64,000 nt of DNA from Scyliorhinus canicula (Eukaryota), in assembly GCF_902713615.1 (NCBI RefSeq), contig NC_052147.1, forward strand, positions 233,437,758 to 233,501,757, written 5' to 3'. A program made the translations under genes and the position numbers. Shown one piece after another: positions 51,515-64,000 of the stretch. Every line of letters starts with the position of its first letter. The first letter of the stretch is position 1. Under the pieces are notes generated by a model, which saw only the letters and a program-made list of their open reading frames with translations, was not told the DNA's origin and did no database searches.

Positions 51515-54500
51515 TTATTAACAAACTAGCACTAACTTCTCTCACTCTAGCCATTCTATGTCTTGCTTGTTCGCTGTTCTGAATCACATCATCATCAGAC
51601 TTAGAAAAGGCGCCGGAAAACCAGTTCTTATAGTATCTGACTGTGAGCCGTCTAGTGTTGAAATGACTGTACTACATTTACATACATTGTTCATGTATAT
51701 TGATATCTGAATATTACTACATCCCCCTTTCTTATTAACATTTTCTTTGAAATATTTGAAAAGAAAATTTACATAAGAAACGCAGCGTAAAGAGTACACT
51801 GTAATCACTAGATTAGTGAAAAAGTTCACAAATTTGATTGGGTTTTCTTCTTCTCCTGCCAATCTTCTCAACTTCAAAGGTGATGAAAAATTCTCCAGTT
51901 TGTTGTGAATCAGTACATTGGATTGCATCCTTCTTTCAAGTTGTTTGGAAACAGTCTGGTTCAAATCAAGATCTGGAAAAACGTTGACAGTATCTTTCAC
52001 TTGAAGTAGATCTCTTCTATTTATTCTTAGAATGGTTCCATCAGAAGTTCTGATCAGATAAGATCTTGGTAAGAATTGCCTAATTATGTGAGCTTTGTCA
52101 GACCAACCTCCTTCAGGAAGTCTGAATAGTAACTATATCATCATCAGTTCTTTCGAATGTTGATCAAAATATCTTTTCTGACTCATTTTCTGTTGCATTC
52201 TTTTAAAAAGATTTTGTTGTTCTTGATCAGGAAAGCGTAATTGAGGTAATGTTGTCCTCAACACTCTTGTACAACATTTGAAATGGAGATAAGCCTGTTG
52301 ATAGAGGAGATGTTCTGTAATTGAGTAAAGCCAAGTAAAAATCAGAATCAGATTCTTTAGATTTGCTAAGTAGCTATTTCATGATGCGAACACCTTTTTC
52401 TGCTTTTCTATTTGTTTGCGGAAAGTGTGGGCTTGAAGTAATATGTTGAAAATTGTATTTCAATGAGAAATCATGCCATTCATGACTTGAAAAACAAGGG
52501 CCATTGTCAGGCATTACGATACTGGGAATACCATGTCTGGCAAATATCTCCTTGCATGCCTTTATGACATTGTTGGATGTGATGTCGTTCAGTTTCACTA
52601 ACTCAGGAAAATTGGAAAAATCGTCAATGACTACAAGATTGTCTTTTCCAAAAAAGTGAAAAAGATCAGCACCATGTGCAGTGGTTCTTTGCATTGCTGA
52701 CTTTGATGGGATTGACATGTTGAACACGACGATATCATGTTCGCAATATCATTGTTGATACCAGGCCGATAGACTGTCTGGCACGTCTTCTACATTTTTC
52801 AATGCATAGATGACCCTCATGTAATCTCGACAACATTCCAGAACACATGCTTTGTGGAATTATAATGCGATCTTGTCTCAGCAGTACACCATCTACAATA
52901 GTCAGCTCTGACTGAATGGATTGATATTGCGGACAATTGCCTTTGGATCATCCTTCTTGAAGATGTTTCATAACTTTCATCAACGTGGTATCTTTCTGTG
53001 TTTCAATGCGAATTTGTTGAAATTTGACAACTGATACAGGTAGTAATTCTTTGAATAGCTGCAAATGTGAATCAACATCATTGATGGATTCTTCTTGGAG
53101 AGTGTCAGTGTTGACTGACCTAGATAAAGTATCAGCAATTACTAATGCTTTGCCTGGAGTATACTTCAGTGTGAAATCGTATAGTCTCAATTTCATTATT
53201 GAACGTTGAAGTCTGGGAGTCACGTCATTTAGGTTTTGTTCTATGATGTGTACTAGTGGACGATGGTCAGTTTCCATTCTGCAGTATGTTTGTAAGTCCA
53301 GATGAATTCTGTGTTCTTTCTGATCAGTTGACGTAGAGCAGTTGTTCTCGCGGATATATTTGAAATGAACTTTCCTAGAAAGTTGACAAATCCAAGAAAG
53401 TGTAAGACAGCCTTCTTATCTTTGGGAATTTGCATTGCCTTGATAGCTTGCACTTTGTCTTGATCTGGTTCAATGCCTTCAGCGGTTATGTTGTCACCCA
53501 AGAATCTTAAAAATGAGGCTGCAAACATACACTTGGCCTTGTTTAACTTTAAACCATAGTTGTCAACTCTTTGAAAAACCTCCTGAAGATGCTTGATCTG
53601 CTCTTCAGGTGTTGACCAGACGATTGTGTCGTCAACATGAACTCAAACTCCTTCTATGTTCTCGGTTATCTGTTCCATTGTTCTGTGAAATATTTCAGAA
53701 GCAGATATGATACCAAAAGGCATCCTATTGAAACAGTACCTTCCAAAAGGTGTATTAAAAATACAAAGAAATTTGCTGGAGTCTTCTAACTGCATCTGCC
53801 AAAATCCTTGACACGCATCAAGCTTGGTAAATATTTTAGCATTTGCCATCTCTAGCAGTGATATCTTCTTTCTTTGGTATTGGATAATGCTTTCTCTTGA
53901 TACTTTTGTTGAGATCTTTTGGGTCCGTACAGATTCTTATTTCACCTGTAGGTTTCTTGACACAGATTAGGGAGCTTACCCAGTCAGTAGGTTGAGTAAC
54001 CTCAGATTATTCCTTGAGTTTGAAGTCTTGACAATTCAGCTTTCAGTTAATCTTTAAGTGGAGCAGGAACACGTCTAGGTGGATGGATCACCGATTTGGC
54101 ATCCTTTTTCAGTTGGATTTTATATTGAAAAGGTAATGTGCCCATACCTTGAAAAACATTTGGGTATTGCTGTGAGAGTTGCTGAACATCATAATTGAGT
54201 GCACTTGATTGACAGGTATTCGTAGAACGTAGAACATACAGTGCAGAAGTAGGCCATTCGGCCCATTGAGTCTGCACCAACCCACTTAAGCCCTCACTTC
54301 CACCCTATCCTCATAACCCAATAACCCCTCCTAACCTTTTTGGTCACTATGGCCAATTTATCATGGCCAATCCACCTAACCTGCCAGTCTTTGGATTGTG
54401 GGAGAAAACCGGAGCACCCGGAGGAAACCCAGCGGGCAATTGAACCTGGGACCCTGGCGCTGTGAAGCCACATGCTAGCCACTTATGCTACCGTGCTTCA

Positions 54501-56453
54501 TGAAGATTCTCTGTATGAGTTGCAAATCTTTGCATGCTTGTGCTCCAAGTAATAATGAACAAGTACCATTGACAATCTTGAACCTTATTTGCCGTTGAAC
54601 GTCTCTGTTTGTAACACTTGGGTAGCAGGATCCATGTGAAAAAATGGGGTTGCCATTGTAATCATGCAATGAGCATACTGGAGGAATCATTTCATAATGA
54701 CTCTTGATCTTGTGCAGGTCCTTGGAATTCAAAGGATTCACTGAGGCGCCGGTATCCAATTTAAAAGTGATTGGAATTGTGTTAACATACACAGTAGTCA
54801 TCCATTCGTTGCTTACTATGTTGGCTTTTTGTTCTTCCGTTGCTTGAAGATTTTTCTCATCTTCTCAATGAGGTAACTTCACTGTTTTACGATGATCCTT
54901 GCTTGCTTGTAGATCATGCTTGATGGACAAACCAACAAAGAAAGTATCGTCATCTTCCATGAAATCTTCTTGAGTGTTGATTTCTTCTGTTTTGTCCACA
55001 GCTCGTACTTTGTGATACTTTTTGTCTGTAGGAGGAATGTATTTAGCAGTTGATTGACACTGTGAAGCATAATGGTTGAGTTTCTGACATGTTAAACATT
55101 GTTTGCCAAAAGCTGGATAATTCTCCTTTAAGTGGGCGTTACCACATCTGTGACACGTAATTACGTTGTCGTCATGATGTAATTGTGATGTACATACATG
55201 CGCAGACTTCTTCTTGAACGTCTCGCATTTTGGTGCGTATTGCGCACGTGCAGAGCTCGCAAATGCTAGCAGAGGATAGCTTCCGTTCCTTATAGATTTC
55301 TGCTTTGCTTGCGACACCATTTTAATTTTCTCTGCCTCGAGGTAGAGATTCACGCTTTTTTCTTTTGGATAAAATGCTAGATACTGGCTTCTGGTCTGTT
55401 CTGTCGAAATACATTTGTCAATTTGTAGAGTTAAATAATTTTGACGAATTAACGTTTCTCTGATATTATCAAGTATACCACATACTATTTGGTCTCTGAC
55501 AAGTGAATCATGCAGATTTCATAGTTACAGGTTTCAGCTAAGAGCTTGAGATCTGTGATAAAATTATTTACAAGTTCACCAGTTTTTTGAATTCTCCGAT
55601 GAAATTTTAGTCGTTCTAAAATCTCATTTGTCAACATTTTACAATGTTCATCAAACTTCACTATCACTTGATCAAATTTGTTTTTATCTTCATCAGCACT
55701 AAAATGAAATGAGTTGAATATTTCGATTGTTTGCTGTCCTGCAAGGGATAGAAATAATGCGATCCTTCTAGCTTCTGGTGCTACACTTAAATCACTTAAA
55801 TAGCTTCTAGGTAAAGTTGAAATTGCTGCTTGAACAACTTCCAATTTAAGTTTAAATTACCAGTGGTCCTTAGATGTCTTGGTGCTTGAACTTGGTCCAT
55901 TGGTAGGTCGTTTACGTTAAAGTTTTCAAAATTTCGATGATTGCTATAGTCGAATAGTTGAATCCGTTTGTTCTTTTTTTCTTTCTTCTTTTCTTTGCTA
56001 AATCTTTGTTAGGCTTTTTAAAAAGATTTATAACTGGCTGGTACCATGTTATATTTTAAATAATGACTTATCCAAAATATATATTACTCCTGAATTGACC
56101 AGGATGGTAAAATGACCAATAGTCTTCTTGTTGAAAGATGAACGAATTAATGAGTAATGAAATAATAACGTGTGAGTCCTTTTACTCAACACTAAACTAA
56201 CAATAAAGAATTAAAGTACAATACAGATAACTATACACCATTATAACAAACTAGTTCTAACTTCTCTCACTCTAGCTATTCTATGTCTTGCTTATTCACT
56301 TCTGAATCACATCATCATCTGCATCATCATCTGACTTAGAAAAGGCAGGCAACCAGTTCTTATAGTATCTAACTGTAAGCCATCTAATGTTGAAATGACT
56401 GTCCTGCATTTACATACATTGAACATATATATTGATATCTGAATATCACTACA
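51515..56453 (-). mobile_element. Gypsy/Ty3 LTR retrotransposon 2 (decayed) in GPD1 intron 2
   Basis: 5' LTR 56047-56453; PBS TGGTACCAG (fits the tRNA-Leu(TAA) 3' end); gag from about 55900; protease FKLDTGAS; RT MPFGI / HVDD; RNase H largely deleted near 53275; integrase PDNGP..S; PPT at 51722; partial 3' LTR 51515-51721; SINE inserted at 54222-54497. Confidence 0.9.
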
Positions 56454-57605
56454 ATCTGGGTATCCTTTAAAAAGATCACCCCAATCTCAGATGAGAAGGT
56501 CTTTTTTTAAAATTAATTTAGAGTACCCAATTCAGTTTTTTTCCAATTAAGGGGCAATTTTGCATTGCCAATCCACCTATCGTGCTCATCTTTGGGTTGT
56601 GGGGGTGAGACACACGCAGAATGTGCAAAGTCCACACGGACAGTGACCCAGGGCCGGGATCAAACCCGGGTCCTCGGCGCCATGAGGCAGCAATGCTAAC
56701 CACTGTGCCGCCCCCAGACGAGCCTGTCTTGCCGGCAGATTTAGTTCCCCGCTCCAGAAAAAATTCTCAATGTGGGATATTTCAGTGAGAATCTCCCCAA
56801 ACTCCTCTGAAAAATGACTATGTGGGTGAATTGCAATCTGGATCGTGCCCAGGAATCACCTCACGAATCCCGCCCAAAATGACATGTAGTCTAATTCCAC
56901 TGTGTCTAATTCCACGAGTTGAAAGAAAGCTATGAAAAGATTAAGTCGAAAATTTTTTAAAAGCTGGGTTTGACAGCGAATAGGAAATTATTATTTCCCC
57001 TGGTTGAGGGATTAGTGACAAAAGATTACCAATTTAAAATTAGCACTAAGAAAAGAGGAGAATGGTAGAAGAAATGTAGGGGCTTGGAACATGAAATGTT
57101 TTGCTGAAGGGTGTGGTTGAGACATTTTAGAAAAACTGGATGAATATTTGGAGCAGATAAAAATTCAGAGATCAAGAGGGAGCACACCAGTGGGATTAAT
57201 TTTGGATTGCTCCAGAAAATAGCTGGCACAGGATGTGTGAATGAACGCCTTGTGCTGTAAAGGTTAGTGTTTTTTTTTGGTCTGTCTTTGCTTTGCAGAG
57301 ATATGTTGTATTAAGGAGACAGACTTTCTGATAGCTGTGCTCTTCCAAGATCTTGCGAAATTATGTTGGTATTCTTGAATTTTGCCAGGGGCCAATACTG
57401 TTTAATTAGACTCCCTTTGAACTAACTCTAACTGCATCCCAGAATGCAAGCAGTATGTCTTTCACCATATTTGGGGTTAGCTTGATTGATGGTTTACTTA
57501 CCTATACCTTTCAAATTGATTTGGGCACAGTCCAACAACATGAATAACTTCAACTAGCTGAATCATTTTTGGTATTCAGTTTGCAAATGTTTTCCTATTT
57601 TACAG

Positions 57606-57746
57606 ATTGCTGTGCCAGACATTGTTGAAGCATCAGATGGGGCAGATATACTTGTCTTTGTTTTACCCCATCAGTTTATTGGACCACTTTGTGATAAAAT
57701 GAAAAGCCATGTGAAGGATAATGCAATTGGAATTTCACTGATAAAG
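57606..57746 (+). CDS. gpd1: GPD1-family exon 3
   Basis: Acceptor tttacAG. 141 nt encoding [47 protein letters not shown]. Donor GTAAGG. Not in the ORF track. Confidence 0.95.
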
Positions 57747-59291
57747 GTAAGGATTGAGAGTTCAATTGATGCAAAAGACTGAGGTTCCAGGTTTGGGATA
57801 TTTATTCCAACACATGTGCAGGGATTGGCTACATTAAATTGGAAAAATTAAAACAAAAGAATTGTGCTGCTGAATTTTGTTTTCCGACATTACGCTTTTT
57901 CTACCATACTTTAGACTATGCTGGCTTCGCACTTCCTGACTGCTACATCTGTTTCTTTTTGGCTGTGGAAATTTGGCACTTACAATGCTATCCTTTCTAG
58001 AATAGTAACAGAGCGACACAGAAAGTGTTTATAGCAAGGACATTTTTTCATGGTCCCTTAATGTGTGGCTTCAACCGGAGTGTTACCAAGGATCTATTAT
58101 TTTAAGAAACTGAAAATGATTTGAATCATGTACTTTATTTAATACTATTGTATTGCATTCATATTTGATACTGCCATACCTCATAATTTGCCACTCTTCC
58201 TATTTCATTTTATTGACATATAATGTCAAAAAAACAACTTTGTAACTCACTTCCTGTTGTGCCTGCTGAAATAGTTATTTTTTAGATCGAAGTACAGAAA
58301 CTAAAGGCACCAACAATTTAACAGGCACTGCCACGCGCTGTATTAATTATGAACCTTTTATCTTTGGATGACATGTTGTTCACAATTATCTGAGATTACA
58401 AAGAACAATACAGCACAGGAACGGGCCCTTCGGGTCTCCAAGCCTGCACCGATCACGTCTACTATCTAGACCAACCGCCTATATCCTTCTATACCCCGTC
58501 TGTTCATGAATCTATCCAGATAAGTCATAACAAACTTAGTCATTTTAAATTGTGACATGGCCGGAACTGTATTGGTCAGAATGTGATGATCTACTCTCTT
58601 GCCAAGGAGCCACCCTGCACTTACCCTGACCACCCTAGGGTCTCCGGTGGCCCGGGAGACCCCCCCGGGTGCCATTCCGCCTGGTCCACGTTTGTGTGGA
58701 CCATCACTGATCAGCACCCAGCTTCAGCCCCTCTAGGGAGGCCGAAGAATCAAGGGAGGCCGGTGGATCCCACGCAGGTAGGTCGTAAGTAGGTTTTCGA
58801 CCTACTTCCGCGAGCGTCATTCGGTCCCGCCCATTTGGGGCAGGGTTCCGACTCCGACATCTCGCAGGACTTCGGAAAATCCCGAGCAACGCAGCCGGAG
58901 AATCACACCCATCATAAACACATTCTTTTCAAATTCACTCACAACATTGCTCGAGTGAGTCCGCATTTCTTCTCCCCTTGTCTTTAGGATAAGAGATCAG
59001 CCATTTAGATTTTAGATTTCAAAAGTAGTGAATCTTTGGAATTTTCTACCCTAGGAAGCTATGAATTCCATTCAACAATATATTTGATTTTCAGACACCA
59101 AGAGAATCAGTGGACATCATGATTGGGTAGGAAAATGGGGATAACGTAGAAGAGCAGCCATACTATTATTGAATTGCAAAGAAGGCTTATGGGGCTCTGT
59201 GGCCAACATCTCCTATTTCCTGTATTATTTCTCAAAACTGACAGTGTTGGGCTATCTGTACTGAAGTTAATTTTTATGTCTAATTCTTTAG

Positions 59292-59430
59292 GGAATTGAT
59301 GAAGGTCCTGATGGTCTTAAATTAATATCACATATAATTCATGAGAAACTTGGCATTGAAATGTCTGTTCTGATGGGTGCCAACATTGCTAAAGAGGTAG
59401 CAGATGAAAAGTTCTGTGAGACAACAATTG
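59292..59430 (+). CDS. gpd1: GPD1-family exon 4
   Basis: Acceptor ctttAG. 139 nt encoding [46 protein letters not shown](G). Donor GTAAGA. Confidence 0.95.
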
Positions 59431-59709
59431 GTAAGAAATATGACACAGTGCGCTTTTGGCGTTCTGATTTTTTAAAACTAAAGTTAGATCTAAGCTTCTA
59501 GTTTACTTTGCATCATGTCACTCAGCTCTAATGCATTCCTAGTGCTTCTAAGTGAATGCAAATGTTAAACGGGAACTAAGTCATCACGCTGTTGCAGCAT
59601 CCTGGATGTGGTGTAATCACATTGCAATGTGAGATCTGTAGAAAGGCTTTGTAAGCAACTTTCGGGCTCTATGTGTATCTCATTTTATTTTAATGTCTGT
59701 GTTTACCAG

Positions 59710-59822
59710 GATCCAAAAATAAAACTCATGGAGAGATCCTTAAGAACCTGATGCAGACTCCAAATTTCAGAATTACTGTAGTAGAAGAATGTGACACAGT
59801 GGAACTGTGCGGAGCTTTGAAA
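59710..59822 (+). CDS. gpd1: GPD1-family exon 5 (later exons beyond the window)
   Basis: Acceptor taccAG. 113 nt encoding (G)[37 protein letters not shown], ending in the catalytic-Lys GALK motif. Donor GTAAGT. Frame is continuous across exons 1-5. Confidence 0.95.
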
Positions 59823-60674
59823 GTAAGTTACTGACAAATTAGAATCAATAAATCTGGATGATAGATTGTAAATAAGCTTCAAAAGGATTTCCTATGGATT
59901 TGAGAGCTTTCATTTTTTAAAACGGCATGGTAGCACAGTGGTTAGCCCTGTTGCTTCACAGCTCCCGGGTCCCAGGTTTGATTCCTGGCTTGGGTCACAG
60001 TCCGTGCGGAGTCTGCACATTCGCTCCATCTCTGCGTGGGTTTCCTCTAGGTGATCCGGTTTCCTCCCACAGTCCAAAGATGTGCAGGTTAAGTGCACAT
60101 CTAAACTGCCCCTTAGTGACCAAAAAAAAAGGTTAGGTGGGATTACTGGGATATGGGTGGAGATGTAGGCTTACATATGGAGTTCTTTCCAAGGGCCGGT
60201 GCAGATCTGATGGGCCGAATGTCCTTCTGTACTGTAAATTCTATGAAAATATTCACCAGGAAATATTTTACATCAGGATGTTCTTTACTTTCTTCTGATT
60301 GCATTTAGATAAACCCATTTTCCAATAATTCCCCTGAATTTTCATACTTTACCACAACAGGTATTCATATGGCACTTTTGATACAATAACATGCATTCAT
60401 TTGGCATGTTTAATACAACAGCATGTCCTAAGTTGCTTCACAGGAGCACTAAAGCATAATTTGACATCAGCTACATAAGGTGATATACAGGGTGAGGGAA
60501 GATATGCAAAAGCTTGGTCAAAGAAATAGGGCATGATTTTCTGTCCCTTCCTGCCAGCCCGATCTTCTGGTCTTGCCGAATCATAGAATCCCTACAGTGC
60601 AGAAGGAGGCCATTTGGCTCATCGAGTCAGCACTGATCCTTGGAAAGAGCACCTTACTTATGTCCACCCCACCC

Positions 60675-61077
60675 TGTCATAATATCCACTCATGTATATA
60701 ATGAGATGAAGACAGGCAGTGATTGACACATAGGATTACCAGTAAGCATACAATACAGTACAGCCAATCACCAGACAGGACACTACCACTATAAAGCCAG
60801 AGGGCACTAGGTTTCCCGCTCTCTCGGGACCCAGCTACTGAGACAGTCAAGAGTCCACGAGCTAGCAAGTGCAAACACCATGCGGTAGCTAGTAAGTCTG
60901 GTCAGGCTACTACAAGGTCACCAGTCAGATCAGTATAGTGTCGACCCACAGCTGAATATGTATAGCAGTTCTATAGTTGAATAAAACAGTGTTGGATCTT
61001 CTCCAGTGTTAGACGTCTGTTTCTAAATTCCCTGCATCGAGTGCAGTCCACATCGAACCAACCTGCCTAACACATCA
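60675..61077 (+). mobile_element. Solo LTR in GPD1 intron 5
   Basis: TG...CA ends; perfect 5-bp TSD caccc/caccc; CCAAT, TATAAA (about 60790) and AATAAA (about 60980); inserted in a SINE. Confidence 0.85.
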
Positions 61078-61439
61078 CACCCTATTCCTGTAACCCCATA
61101 ACCTAACTTAGGGGCTGGTTTAGCTCACTCGGCTAAATCGCTGGCTTTTAAAGCAGGCCAGCAGCACGGTTCGATTCCTGTACCAGCCTCCCCGGACAGG
61201 CGCCGGAATGTGGCGACTAGGGGCTTTTCACAGTAACTTCATTGAAGCCTACTCATGACAATAAGCGATTTTCATTTTCATCTTTGGTCACTAAGGGACA
61301 ATTGTTCATGGCCAATCCATCTAACCTGCCCATCTTTGAACTGTGGAAGGAAACTGAAGCACCTGGAGGAAAACCATGCAGGACATACCAACTCCATAGT
61401 GACCCAAGGCTGTTGGCACTTACAACCCTATCCTTTCTA

Positions 61440-62150
61440 GAATAGTAATGGGGGATAGCCAGCTAGGAGTACATTGAAATAGTTGAGTCTAGAAGTAACA
61501 AAGACATTAAAAGAGGGCTTCAAAAGAAGATGGGCTGATCCAGGGGTGAGGTGGGTGGTGTTATGGAAGTGGAAATAGGTGGTCTTAGTGGTGGCATGGA
61601 TATGTGATCGGAAGGTTATCTTGGGATCAAATACAACACCGATTTCAAACAGTCTAGTTCAGCTTCAGACAGCTATCAGGAAGAGGAGTCGGTAGTTGAG
61701 GGGTTTGTCACCAGGAAGTAAGATTATGGCGTTGTTCTTCCCAGGAGATAATTGATGTAAATGTCTGCTCATACTGGATATCGGATGAACAGTTTGATGA
61801 TAATATTCTTTATTAGTGTCACAAGTAGACTGATATTAACACTGCCATGAAGTCACTGTGAAAAGTCCCTAGTCGCCACATTCCAGCACCTGTTCGGGTA
61901 ATGAGGCGGCCCACTGAGCTAAACCACTGGGATGAAACCTAACCCTAATTGATGGAATTCAAACATGGAGTTCCAGGAAAGATTTGAATGGATTTGAGAG
62001 GTGACAACATGGCCAAGGACTTTGGAGAGGAAAGAGAGGTCGTAGATAGGGGTGATGATGTACAAGGTCGATTTTTTGAGAGGGGTCATAATGGCAGTTT
62101 TGATAGAGATGGGAATAGTTCTTAAAGAGAGAACTGTTAATATCATGAAC
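61440..62150 (-). mobile_element. Old L2-like LINE fragment
   Basis: PLKKSTL...LSFLSKVL.HVV RT-proximal remnant; related sequence at 5480-6150. Confidence 0.45.
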
Positions 62151-62404
62151 AGAGAAATATGCAAAAGTTCAGTGTGTATTGGCAATTCTGGAATTGGGAG
62201 CAAGAAAAACTGGGACAACAGATATTATTGTTCTTATTACAGTATTTGTACTAATTAAATGACTGTGTAAAACAATGAAAGTTTAAACCAAGCCACATTG
62301 TACCACACAATTAAGTGCAATTATTTAAATTAGTAATCAGAGCTTAAAGTTGTGAGTGGGCCAAACTGTGTCTGCACTGTATTTGAAGTAGGACCAGTGC
62401 TGCA

Positions 62405-62575
62405 GATAAAAGCAAATTGCTGCGGATGCTGGAATCTGAAACCAAAAGAGAAAATGCCAGAAAATCTCAGCAGGTCTGGCAGCATCTCTAAGGAGAGAAA
62501 AGAGCTAAGAGTCCAAGTGACTCTTTGTCAAAGCTAAAAGGGATAGAAAGTGGGAGATATTTATGTAAGGAGACA
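62405..62575 (-). mobile_element. Penelope-like pseudo-LTR remnant (family 1, single arm)
   Basis: Near-identical to the left arm at 2089-2220. Confidence 0.6.
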
Positions 62576-62706
62576 GAAATATAAAACTATTAAATACACA
62601 GTAATATTTCTGTTATCCGGTTAGATTCTGGTTTGGATTTAGGAATTCTTTAATAACAGATAACATTTCCTGTCCAACTGTAGTATGATACAATTTCCAT
62701 GCGAAT

Positions 62707-62894
62707 CAGTAAGAAGTCTTACAACACCAGGTTAAAGTCCTACAGGTTTGTTTCGAATCATTAGCTTCCCGTGCACAGCCCCTTTTCTCACCGAAAGCTA
62801 GTGATTCGAAACAAACCTGTTGGACTTTAACCTGGTGCTGTAAGACTTCTTACTGTGCCTACCTCAGTCCAATGCAGGCATCTCCACATCATGG
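62707..62894. mobile_element. Penelope-like inverted pseudo-LTR remnant (family 2), centre deleted
   Basis: Same arms as 3246-3457 and 27943-28125. Confidence 0.65.
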
Positions 62895-63419
62895 CATGAG
62901 GATCAGGATAGTGAGAGGTCCTTTATAGTACCTTAACATTGTACTTTTAGTGAAGGGAAATCAGACTGACACTTAATTTTTCAAAAGATGAAATGATTTT
63001 AAAATTATATTTAGAATTAAAATAGGGATAACTTTCAACATAGCTATCAGATTGGTCACCCATTGATGGAGACGAAAAATCAAACAAAGTGTGAAACAGG
63101 CAACAAATCTCAAATTGCTCGTTGTCCACCATGCTGAGGTTGAAAATTATACCCAATCTATTTCTGAAATATTAGAAAATACTGATAAAATGTATAAAAA
63201 ACGTAATTACGTGCACTTTTAACCCAAATCTTTAATAGAACCGCTGCTGCCGGCAGTAAATGGCTTCCCAACCTTTCTGTATAAGAGCCCAATACAAATA
63301 TTAACGCTTCAGAGACCTCCCTGCAAATGTGTAAATGTTAACATGTTCTGAGCTCCTCTGTTCTGACTTAACAGACAGTTAGCTACCCAAAGAAAATCAG
63401 TGCATTCATCAGAGAAAGT

Positions 63420-63826
63420 GGGCAGGATTCTCCGCTTGCCAACACCAAAATCATATTCAGCGATTGAGCGGAGAATCCCCTTTGACGCCGAAATCGGAGG
63501 CGGTGCCTGTTTTCGGATACTCCTCCCTCCCCCCCCCCCCCCCCCCCCCCCTCCAAAACGGCGTCATCAGTGAGTACGGCGCACGCTGTTGAGACGATCT
63601 CAGGACGTCACCTGAAGGCCCTCGGCTGATGCTCCGCCCCTGTGCACATGTGCAGCCACGGACCCGGCAATTCTCCAGCCGTTTCTGTCGGGAACGCCTG
63701 GGATTTTACGTGGCGCGGCTACTAGCCCCCCACTGGCGGAGCATCGGTGCAGGTTGCCGCTGACATTTTCATCGTAAAACTAGACACTTCCTCCGGACAT
63801 TGCCTCACAATCGGAGAATCCAGCCC
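63420..63826. mobile_element. Harbinger-type MITE
   Basis: TIRs GGGCAGGATTCTCC / GGAGAATCCAGCCC; 3-bp TSD agt/agt; left part similar to 19253. Confidence 0.75.
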
Positions 63827-64000
63827 AGTGTTTTGACTTAACATGCCTTTACGTTAATAAATAGAAAATCTGATGATGTCTGGTCGTAAATCCTGGGTGT
63901 AAAAGATTGAAAACTTATTAATAAGTGAGACAAAATAGGACAGCTTATTCTGAAGTCTTTTTAAAGCCTCACTAAAATGCACATTTCATACTTGATTTGT

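Overview
Repeat-rich vertebrate genomic DNA, most likely from a cartilaginous fish (shark-type tRNA-derived SINEs, CR1 and L1-type LINEs; species not determinable here). Two host genes sit head-to-head. On the - strand is the first coding exon of an OSBPL11-like gene (17259-17389, CpG-island promoter), whose intron 1 covers the left 17 kb. On the + strand are exons 1-5 of a GPD1-family glycerol-3-phosphate dehydrogenase (30914-59822), which continues beyond the window. The rest is nested transposon DNA: two decayed Gypsy/Ty3 LTR elements, three solo LTRs, three L1-type insertions, a decayed PIF/Harbinger element plus MITEs, a Buster/Charlie hAT derivative and many SINEs. Most notable: (1) the Gypsy element at 21675-27551 has no tRNA primer-binding site but has a perfect 13-nt complement to its own LTR in self-priming geometry, plus a YLDN reverse-transcriptase motif; (2) an intact 56-aa RPS29 retrocopy fused to an L1 fragment, missed by the ORF track; (3) palindromic Penelope-like remnants carrying minimal hammerhead ribozymes, including a U3:A8 compensatory variant; (4) an OSBPL11-GPD1-like pair that parallels the human OSBPL10-GPD1L pair.
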